64,000 nucleotides of DNA from a bacterium (lineage in GTDB: Bacteria > Bdellovibrionota_C > UBA2361 > CALJRW01): the NCBI GenBank assembly GCA_031385045.1, contig JANNBC010000025.1, positions 54,940 to 118,939 on the forward strand. The letters run 5' to 3'. This document shows positions 56,392 to 64,000 of this stretch, one piece after another (the stretch's first letter is position 1; the number at the start of each line of letters is the position of its first letter). The notes beneath the pieces were generated by a model. It saw nothing but the letters and a program-made list of their open reading frames with translations. It had not been told where the DNA came from and ran no database searches. Made by a program: the position numbers and the translations under genes.

Positions 56392-58407
56392 TTGCCGATT
56401 ATGCCTAAAACCTTCCTCAAGTTTTGCCTTTTATTCCTTGCTATAATAGCAGTTTATTGGAATCATTTTGATAATGAGTTCCATTTTGATGATTCTCATA
56501 CCATAGTTAATAATCCTTTTATTCGGGAACTTAGCTATATTCCAAGTTATTTTACCGATTCCACAACCTTTAGCTCTTTGCCCGCCAACCGCAGTTATCG
56601 TCCTTTACTTACCACGACACTAGCAATCGATTATTATCTTGGTGCTGGGTACAATTTATTTTTCTTCCACCTATCAACTTTTATCTTATTTTTATTACAG
56701 TTAATTTTTCAATTCTTTTTTTATAAATTTCTCTTAGAACAAATTGGACAAAACAAGAATGCCTCAAATCTTTCCTTTTTAGCTGTCGCAATTTATGGAC
56801 TTCATCCAGTTAGTGCGGAAACAGTTAATTATATTATCCAGAGAGGAGACCTACATTCTACTTTAGGAGTTGTGGCTGGATTAGTCTGTTATTTTTATTT
56901 TCCAAAATTAAGAAAATTTCCAATTTATCTTCTACCAGTAATTTTGGGAGCCCTTAGTAAACCACCGGCAATTATGTTTGCTCCAATTTTATTTTCATAT
57001 ATTTATTTAATTGAGAACTCCGCAAGTTTAAATTTTTGGAAAAAAGACAATCGATTGATCTTTGCTAGGTCAGTACTAAAAACTTTACCAGCAATTTTAG
57101 TCTGCACTTTCTTATATCTCTTACAAGCTCGACTAACAGCTAGTAGTTGGACTCCAGGTGGAAGTTCAAGTTTGAATTACATTATGACTCAGCCTTATGT
57201 CTGGCTTTATTATTTAAAATCATTTTTCTTACCAACTGGCTTACATATTGATATTGAACTTGCCACATTTACTGATTGGACCAGTCTAAATGCCGTTTTA
57301 GGATATTGTTTGGTCCTCTTTGTGATCGTTTACACCTACCTGCAGAGCTTTTCAAAAGAAGGTCGTTTAATTAGCTTTTTAATTCTTTGGTGTTTCTTTA
57401 CACTTGCTCCGACATCTTTTATCCCTCTGGCAGAAACTGTAAATGATCACCGCATGTTTTTTCCATACGTTGCTTTAAGCTTATTAATTTGTTTCTTGGT
57501 TAAATCATTCTGGGAGCAAAAACTAGCAATATTTACTACTCATTTTCCTCCAAAGTTTTGGAATGGTTTAATATTCTTGATGCTTATTTGTTTGGCAGGG
57601 GAGACATACTATCGAAATAAAGTTTGGCAATCTGAAGCTACAATTTGGGAAGAAGCGACAATTAAAAGCCCAACTAATGGTCGAGCCTTGATGAATTTTG
57701 GATTAACTAAAATGGCAGTGGGCGATTATCAAACTGCTTATGATTATTTTAAAAGAGCTGAAAAGTATAATCCTAATTATTATACATTAGAGATTAATCT
57801 TGGGATTGTAGAAAATGCTTTGGGTCGGAAAGGGGAGGCAGAGCAACATTTTTTAAGAGCAATTCAGTTGAACCAGTTAGATCCCGCCCCACAAGCCTTC
57901 TTTGCTGAATGGTTATTAAATGAATCACAAAACATTAGGGCAATTGGAGTCTTACAACGGGGTTTAACATTAGACCCTACTAATTTACGTATTCGCCACT
58001 TATTAATGCGAGCCTATCAGTCGGAGTGGGAACTGGTAGCATTAAAAAATTTGATAACAGAAACTTTAGCCCAATATCCCACTGATCCGCTAACATTAGA
58101 TTTTCAAAATTTACAAACTACTCCAGACTACTATCTCCAGCAGGCAGGACATTTCTTAACGCAATCACTCCATGCCTATAATGCTGGAAAATATGAGGAT
58201 ACAATCCACTATGCTAAAAAGGCCTTAGAAATTAGACCTGATTACCCAGAAGCATTTAACAATCTCTCTGCGGCTTATGCTAAACTTGCTAACTGGGAGT
58301 TAGCAGTTCAGACAGCGGAGCAAGCTCTCAGCTTAAAGCCTGACTTTCAGCTAGCTAAGAACAATCTAACGTTCGCACTTTCTCAAATGAATCTACCAAA
58401 AAATTAG
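56392..58407 (+). CDS. TMTC-like membrane glycosyltransferase (GT-C) with C-terminal TPRs
   Basis: FHFDD..IVNNP, YRPL, HPV..ETV.YI..R, multiple TM helices, RNKVWQSE..W, TPR repeats. Confidence 0.82.
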   Translation: MPIMPKTFLKFCLLFLAIIAVYWNHFDNEFHFDDSHTIVNNPFIRELSYIPSYFTDSTTFSSLPANRSYRPLLTTTLAIDYYLGAGYNLFFFHLSTFILFLLQLIFQFFFYKFLLEQIGQNKNASNLSFLAVAIYGLHPVSAETVNYIIQRGDLHSTLGVVAGLVCYFYFPKLRKFPIYLLPVILGALSKPPAIMFAPILFSYIYLIENSASLNFWKKDNRLIFARSVLKTLPAILVCTFLYLLQARLTASSWTPGGSSSLNYIMTQPYVWLYYLKSFFLPTGLHIDIELATFTDWTSLNAVLGYCLVLFVIVYTYLQSFSKEGRLISFLILWCFFTLAPTSFIPLAETVNDHRMFFPYVALSLLICFLVKSFWEQKLAIFTTHFPPKFWNGLIFLMLICLAGETYYRNKVWQSEATIWEEATIKSPTNGRALMNFGLTKMAVGDYQTAYDYFKRAEKYNPNYYTLEINLGIVENALGRKGEAEQHFLRAIQLNQLDPAPQAFFAEWLLNESQNIRAIGVLQRGLTLDPTNLRIRHLLMRAYQSEWELVALKNLITETLAQYPTDPLTLDFQNLQTTPDYYLQQAGHFLTQSLHAYNAGKYEDTIHYAKKALEIRPDYPEAFNNLSAAYAKLANWELAVQTAEQALSLKPDFQLAKNNLTFALSQMNLPKN

Positions 58408-58452
58408 TGCTTTAATTGAAATTTTTGGCAATTACGTATACAAATACGCACT

Positions 58453-60189
58453 ATGCTTCAAGTCTCAAATATAAGTAAATCGTATGGTGGCCAAACCCTT
58501 TTTGATGAAGGGAATTTTGTTATTAATCCCGGTGAAAGAATCGGACTAGTCGGACGAAATGGATCTGGTAAATCGACTCTATTTAAGTTGATTCTGGAGG
58601 AAGATACCCTTGATTCCGGAGAAATTACTACTACTCGCGGATATAAGATTGGTCGCTTAGCGCAGCATCTTAAATTTACTGAAAAAACTGTTTTAGCAGA
58701 AGCTTGTCTAGGTTTACCAGAAGATCGCTTACACGAAGAATATCGGGCAGAAATTATCCTAGAAGGTTTGGGGTTTTCGGAAGAAGATCGTGGCAGAAGT
58801 CCAGCAGAGTTTTCTGGTGGTTTCCAAATTCGCATTAATTTAGCGCGCTTACTGCTATCTGAGCCAAATCTTTTACTACTAGATGAACCAACTAACTATT
58901 TAGATATTGTTTCTGCACGCTGGCTAGCTGGTATGCTTCAAGACTGGCCAAATGAGTTAATGATTGTAACTCATGACAGGGCATTTATGGATAGCGTCAC
59001 CACACATACCATGTTGATTTATCGCGGTGGCTTTAAAAAAATTAGTGGAAGTTCCACGAAGCTTTTTGATGCAATTGCTTTAGAAGAAGAGGTTTACGAA
59101 AAGACTCGTCAAAATGATGAGAAAAAGCGTAAGGACATGGAGAAGTTTATTAATCGCTTCCGAGCTCAAGCCGGACGTGCTGCCATGGTGCAATCACGAA
59201 TTAAGGCCTTAGGCCGAATGGAGCAGAAAGATCAGTTGACTACTGAAGATACGCTGGATTTTTATTTTACGACTAAACCTTTTAACGGGAAGTTTTTATT
59301 AGAGGCCGAAGACTTATCTTTTGGATACGATCCTAACTTACAACTAATTAAAGATTTAACTTTCAGTGTTGGGAAAAATGATCGCATTGGAATTATTGGA
59401 AAAAATGGTCGAGGTAAATCAACTCTACTAAAGATTTTAGCAGGTGAATTAAAGTCAAATACTGGCAAATGTGACTTTAGTACTAACACTTCCATTGCTT
59501 ATTTTGGTCAGACTAACATTGATCGATTATCCGAAAATTTAACTGTGGAACAAGAAATTGCTCAAGCAAATCCTGATGCCAATTACACTCGTGTTCGTGG
59601 GATCTGTGGAACTATGATGTTTAGTGGCAGTGATGCGCTTAAAAAAGTAAGTGTCCTTTCGGGGGGAGAACGAAGTCGAGTTTTATTAGGTAAGATTAGT
59701 ACAATTCCATCAAATTTATTACTCTTGGATGAGCCAACAAATCACCTTGATATGGATTCAGTCGATGCCCTACAAGATGCCTTGCAGGACTATGATGGTG
59801 GCGTTATCGTAGTTACTCACGAAGAAAGTATGTTGCGAGCGCTTTGTACTCGTCTAATTGTTTTTCAAGGAGATCGGCCCTTTGTTTTCGAAGGTGATTA
59901 TGATGACTTCTTAAGTCGCGTAGGCTGGGAAGATGAGTCATTTCAAGTTGGAGCTAAGAAGACAACTAGTAAAACTATTAATACTGAGAAGCAAGCTTTT
60001 GATAAAGAAACTAAAGAGCTTGAAAAACAAATGGCCAAGTTGGAAGCTCAGCAAACTACTATGGAAAAACAGCTAATCTCAGCAAGTGAGCGAGGAGACT
60101 CTTCTCAAATTACCGAGTTAGCCAGAGGACTTACAAAGATTGAAAAAGACTTAGAAGGAATTTTAGAAAAACTAGTAGCTAAATCATAA
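58453..60189 (+). CDS. ABC-F family ribosome-associated ATPase
   Basis: Two ABC domains (GRNGSGKST, FSGG, DEPTN; GKNGRGKST, LSGGE, DEPTNHLD), no TM segments, C-terminal coiled coil. Confidence 0.92.
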   Translation: MLQVSNISKSYGGQTLFDEGNFVINPGERIGLVGRNGSGKSTLFKLILEEDTLDSGEITTTRGYKIGRLAQHLKFTEKTVLAEACLGLPEDRLHEEYRAEIILEGLGFSEEDRGRSPAEFSGGFQIRINLARLLLSEPNLLLLDEPTNYLDIVSARWLAGMLQDWPNELMIVTHDRAFMDSVTTHTMLIYRGGFKKISGSSTKLFDAIALEEEVYEKTRQNDEKKRKDMEKFINRFRAQAGRAAMVQSRIKALGRMEQKDQLTTEDTLDFYFTTKPFNGKFLLEAEDLSFGYDPNLQLIKDLTFSVGKNDRIGIIGKNGRGKSTLLKILAGELKSNTGKCDFSTNTSIAYFGQTNIDRLSENLTVEQEIAQANPDANYTRVRGICGTMMFSGSDALKKVSVLSGGERSRVLLGKISTIPSNLLLLDEPTNHLDMDSVDALQDALQDYDGGVIVVTHEESMLRALCTRLIVFQGDRPFVFEGDYDDFLSRVGWEDESFQVGAKKTTSKTINTEKQAFDKETKELEKQMAKLEAQQTTMEKQLISASERGDSSQITELARGLTKIEKDLEGILEKLVAKS

Positions 60190-60196
60190 AATTATT

Positions 60197-60823
60197 ATGA
60201 CCTTAAACTTCAAGATCTGTGGAATTAATTCTAAGCAAAACTTAAAAGAGTTATTATCTCTGAAGCCTAATTTTATTGGTCATATCTTTTTCCTAAATTC
60301 AGCTAGAAATCTGCCGCTTGCAGAGCTTGGTAAATTCCAAGAGATTGATTATCAAGAAACAAATAAGGTCGCTGTCTTAGTTAATCCTGAAATTAGTTTG
60401 ATTAAAAGTTTATTAGAGGAATTTCAGTTCCAATATTTTCAATTACATGGTGATGAGACTGCGGCCTTTTGTCAGGAAGTAAAACTTTTAAGCTCTAAGA
60501 TCATTATAATCAAAGCTGTTTCTGTTGGAAAAGATTTCAAACAAGAAGAGCTTGAAGCATATCTTCCCTTTGTTGATTATTTTTTATTTGATACTAAGAC
60601 TCAGTTCTATGGAGGGAGTGGAAAGAGCTTTAATTGGGATCTTCTAAAAGATTACTCCTTAGAAAAACCATATTTACTAAGTGGTGGATTGAATCCTAAG
60701 AATATTGAAGCTGCCAAAGCTTTTGCGACAAGTCAGCCAAGATGCTATGGATTAGATCTTAATTCTGGCTTTGAGATTAGTCCCGGCTTAAAATCAATTG
60801 AGTTATTAAAAGAGATACTATGA
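60197..60823 (+). CDS. trpF: phosphoribosylanthranilate isomerase
   Basis: [35 protein letters not shown]. Confidence 0.93.
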   Translation: MTLNFKICGINSKQNLKELLSLKPNFIGHIFFLNSARNLPLAELGKFQEIDYQETNKVAVLVNPEISLIKSLLEEFQFQYFQLHGDETAAFCQEVKLLSSKIIIIKAVSVGKDFKQEELEAYLPFVDYFLFDTKTQFYGGSGKSFNWDLLKDYSLEKPYLLSGGLNPKNIEAAKAFATSQPRCYGLDLNSGFEISPGLKSIELLKEIL

Positions 60824-62004
60824 GTAAATTTTTAATTGCCGACAGTGAAGGTTACTTTGAGGGCTTTGGTGGAGCTTATGTTCCAGAAATGCTCTTTCCA
60901 AATCTACTAGAGTTAACTGATTGCTATCACCAGATCATTCAAGAAGAAGCCTTCCAAAAAGAGTATCTTGCTCTACTTAAGAACTATGTTGGTCGTCCAA
61001 CTGCCTTATATCATGCAACTAATCTTTCTAAGCAATACAATACAAATATTTATTTAAAACGTGAAGATTTAAACCATACAGGTGCTCATAAAATTAATAA
61101 TGCTATTGGTCAGGCCTTGATTGCTAAAAGACTGGGGAAGAAGAGGATTATCGCCGAGACCGGTGCTGGGCAACATGGTGTTGCCACGGCAACTGCCTGT
61201 GCCTTGTTAGGCTTAGAGTGTATTGTTTATATGGGTTCCGTCGATACTAAGCGTCAGCAACCTAATGTTAAAAGAATGGAAATGCTTGGAGCTAAAGTGC
61301 GAGCAGTGGAATCGGGAACTAAAGTTCTAAAGGATGCCACTAATGAAGCAATTCGCGATTGGATTGCTAATCCAGTTGATACCCATTACATCTTAGGTTC
61401 TGCTGTTGGCCCTCATCCATATCCTGAAATGGTTGCCTATTTTCAATCTGTGATCAGTGCTGAAATGAGGGAGCAATTTGTCGCTCAAACAGGCACTCAA
61501 GATCCCTCGCATGTAATTGCCTGCGTCGGTGGTGGTAGTAATGCAATCGGAACTTTTTATCATTATATTGATCGAACTGTCGTTAAATTAATTGGAGTAG
61601 AAGCTGCAGGAGAAGGATTAAATTCTGGTAAGACGGCGGCAACACTAAGTTTAGGCACTGTTGGTGTGTTGCATGGGAGTAAGACTATTTTATTACAAAC
61701 TGCAGACGGGCAAATTGAAGAAGCTCATTCTATTTCAGCCGGCTTGGATTATCCAGGGACTGGTCCGCAACATGCGGCGCTTAAAATTGCAGGTCGAGTG
61801 CAATACGTTTCAGTTACAGACAGCCAAGCCTTAGTGGCTGCTAAGTTGCTCAGTCGCACAGAAGGAATTATTCCTGCTCTAGAATCAGCTCATGCTATTG
61901 CTTATTTAGAGCAGGCTAATTTTAAACCATTAGATCAAATCATTATTAATCTTTCGGGACGAGGAGATAAGGATCTTGATACCTATATTAAATTCTTATT
62001 ATAA
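60820..62004 (+). CDS. trpB: tryptophan synthase beta chain
   Basis: [45 protein letters not shown]. Confidence 0.97.
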   Translation: MSKFLIADSEGYFEGFGGAYVPEMLFPNLLELTDCYHQIIQEEAFQKEYLALLKNYVGRPTALYHATNLSKQYNTNIYLKREDLNHTGAHKINNAIGQALIAKRLGKKRIIAETGAGQHGVATATACALLGLECIVYMGSVDTKRQQPNVKRMEMLGAKVRAVESGTKVLKDATNEAIRDWIANPVDTHYILGSAVGPHPYPEMVAYFQSVISAEMREQFVAQTGTQDPSHVIACVGGGSNAIGTFYHYIDRTVVKLIGVEAAGEGLNSGKTAATLSLGTVGVLHGSKTILLQTADGQIEEAHSISAGLDYPGTGPQHAALKIAGRVQYVSVTDSQALVAAKLLSRTEGIIPALESAHAIAYLEQANFKPLDQIIINLSGRGDKDLDTYIKFLL

Positions 62005-62776
62005 AGATATGAACCTTCATCAAAAATTAAAAAATAGTAAAAATAATTTAGCGATCTATTTTACAGCTGGTTTTCCGCAGTTAAATTCAACCGCTGAAAT
62101 TTTAAAAGCCTTAGATCAAAGTGGTGCAGATTTAGTGGAAGTTGGCTTGCCATTCTCTGATTCGCTAGTGGATGGCCCAACAATTCAGGCTAGCAATCAA
62201 GTCGCTTTAGATAATGGACAAACGCTCGCAAATGTTTTGGAGCAATTAAAGGCCTCTGTTGGTCAAGTTAAAATTCCAATTGTTCTAATGGGTAGTTACA
62301 ATCCAATTCTACAGTATGGAATGGAAAAGTTTGTAGTTGATGCTAAAAATTCTGGTGTGACTGCTGTGATTATTCCGGACTTGCCTCCAGAGATTTATCA
62401 ACAAGAATATCAAAAAACTTTTGAAGCAGAAGGATTAGGCATCTGTTTTCTAGTTACAAGTCATACGACAGAAGAACGAATTCACTTACTAGATTCACTA
62501 ACAACAGGATTTATTTATTTGGTATCCTCAGACAATATTACTGGCACAAAGCTATCTTTAAATCCAAAACTAGAGAGCTATTTTCAAAGAATCCAAGGCT
62601 ATAACTTAAAAAGTCCGATAATGGTTGGTTTTGGTATTTCTGATGCCGAAAGTTATCAAGCTGCTTGTAAATATTCTAATGGCGCAATTATCGGAAGTCA
62701 CTTTATTAAATGCCTGGCGGAATTTACTGACTATCCCACTCAGATTAAGGATTACGTTAAAAGCTTCAAAGATTAA
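61976..62776 (+). CDS. trpA: tryptophan synthase alpha chain (start probably ATG at 62009)
   Basis: [35 protein letters not shown]. Confidence 0.95.
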   Translation: MIPILNSYYKDMNLHQKLKNSKNNLAIYFTAGFPQLNSTAEILKALDQSGADLVEVGLPFSDSLVDGPTIQASNQVALDNGQTLANVLEQLKASVGQVKIPIVLMGSYNPILQYGMEKFVVDAKNSGVTAVIIPDLPPEIYQQEYQKTFEAEGLGICFLVTSHTTEERIHLLDSLTTGFIYLVSSDNITGTKLSLNPKLESYFQRIQGYNLKSPIMVGFGISDAESYQAACKYSNGAIIGSHFIKCLAEFTDYPTQIKDYVKSFKD

Positions 62777-62886
62777 ACCATTGTTTAATTCCGTAGGAGT
62801 AGCTAAAAAAATAGTTGTTGAATTTTGAAAAATAGGTTGTAGATTCGATTAAAATAGAGTTTTTGAAGTTTCCAACTTAGGAATGA

Positions 62887-63474
62887 ATGCTAATTTATCT
62901 ATTAATACTCTTTTGCTTCGCTGGAATGGCGGGTCTTGTCTACGTTCTTTATAAAGCATTTGTTTATAAAGAAGTAGCTCCAGTACCTCCCGCTCAATTG
63001 TTAATTGATCTAGAAGATTTCACTTATCAAGTTAATGACATTTCTAAAACAGTCAGCTTATTGGAAAGTTTTACTAAGGACTATTTTCTAACACTAACTA
63101 AGAGTGGATTTAAGGAAGTTTATGATATCTCAGAAACTTTAACCACAATAGATACTTTATGCCATAAGTTATTAGCTGAGTATCAGTTTGATGAGACCCA
63201 AGAAATCCTTAATTATGTATTGCATAAAAAAGGAGTGGGTGAGTTTCCCCAATCATTAAGCAAACATTTGCTTCGCGCCGAACCTTTTTTATCTTCATGG
63301 CTAGAACGTCTACATACTCGAATTGAGTTAATCGATCAGACACTGACCAATGCTTCTCAGGAATTTGAAAGTATTGGCCGAGTTCGCCAAAGCACCAGGA
63401 ATTCTACCTCTACAATACTAGGAGAGATTCGTCAGGTATTATTAGAGGAGAGAAAAAAGCGAAAGAAAGATTAG
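62887..63474 (+). CDS. membrane-anchored hypothetical protein
   Basis: N-terminal TM helix followed by a helical/coiled-coil region. Confidence 0.6.
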   Translation: MLIYLLILFCFAGMAGLVYVLYKAFVYKEVAPVPPAQLLIDLEDFTYQVNDISKTVSLLESFTKDYFLTLTKSGFKEVYDISETLTTIDTLCHKLLAEYQFDETQEILNYVLHKKGVGEFPQSLSKHLLRAEPFLSSWLERLHTRIELIDQTLTNASQEFESIGRVRQSTRNSTSTILGEIRQVLLEERKKRKKD

Positions 63475-63602
63475 AGAACTTAGTTAGCAGTTTTCTAAGT
63501 GCATTATTTGCATCACCCGATTGTATAGAATACAGGCTCTTAGTATCTTTCAACGAGATAAAGTAAAAACGTCTGGCTCGACAGCAATTGAGTAGCTACT
63601 AT

Positions 63603-63815
63603 TTACAGTAAATCCTTTATATCTATTTTTAACCTTTCTGCGACCCTTTCAAGAACATAAAGACTTATATTCTGATCTTTATTTTCAATTCTATTTAGAG
63701 ACGACTGGCTAATACCTATTTTTTGGGCAAATTGCAGTTGAGACTCTTTACCCCTAAGTTCTTTAAACTTTTGAGCAATTCGTTTCAGTATTTTTTCAGA
63801 AGGTCGTTTTTTCAT
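63603..63815 (-). CDS. XRE-family HTH transcriptional regulator
   Basis: LR..SQLQFAQKIGISQSSLNRIEN..NISL..LERVA. Confidence 0.85.
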   Translation of the reverse strand: MKKRPSEKILKRIAQKFKELRGKESQLQFAQKIGISQSSLNRIENKDQNISLYVLERVAERLKIDIKDLL

Positions 63816-63904
63816 ACTTGACCATGATGTATGAAAGAGCTATCTATTTATGGGTAGTTATGAGCTTCGCCAAAATGTTGGACAAGAATCCCTATAAACT
63901 TTTG

Positions 63905-63928
63905 TGATGAATTTGTTCAAATTCATCA
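63905..63928. promoter_or_regulatory. perfect palindrome, candidate XRE operator
   Basis: tgatgaatttg-tt-caaattcatca, about 90 bp upstream of the XRE start. Confidence 0.4.
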
Positions 63929-64000
63929 GGACTACAATACCCCAAAGCAGAATGCATCCTCTTAGGATTGTAGAAATTCTCGATCCAGTTAGTAATACTG

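Noticed and set aside
48346..60196. The insert between trpC and trpF as a discrete mobile element
   Set aside because: No integrase or transposase, and no convincing flanking direct repeats.
1..64000. Alternative genetic code, tRNA/rRNA genes, CRISPR-Cas
   Set aside because: Genes are full length under code 11 with TGA used as stop. No tRNA/rRNA signatures, repeat-spacer arrays or cas genes were seen by eye.

Overview
This is an AT-rich window of a diderm bacterial chromosome. TypA, FtsK, LolA and an NtrC-type regulator suggest a deltaproteobacteria-like host (inference only). No rRNA, tRNA, CRISPR array, transposase or integrase was recognised. Housekeeping and metabolic genes dominate: manA, typA, ABC transporters, an M16 peptidase pair, ftsK, lolA, pgl, an alpha-glucan cluster next to a eukaryote-type hexokinase, kup, an ABC-F protein, and a trp operon split into trpEGDC and trpFBA about 12 kb apart. 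Two ATP-grasp peptide ligase plus peptidase modules of unknown function stand out. One is a RimK-related operon with a catalytically dead and an active retropepsin-like protease and a 7TM inactive transglutaminase. The other is a Ddl-like ligase coupled to an HExxH Zn metallopeptidase. Elements missed by the ORF track: a divergent RNase II/R (RNB) gene truncated at the left edge, a WWR trp leader peptide with no intrinsic terminator, a candidate multibranched RNA after typA, a dispersed REP-like hairpin family, and composite MITE-like palindrome clusters upstream of trpE and kup.
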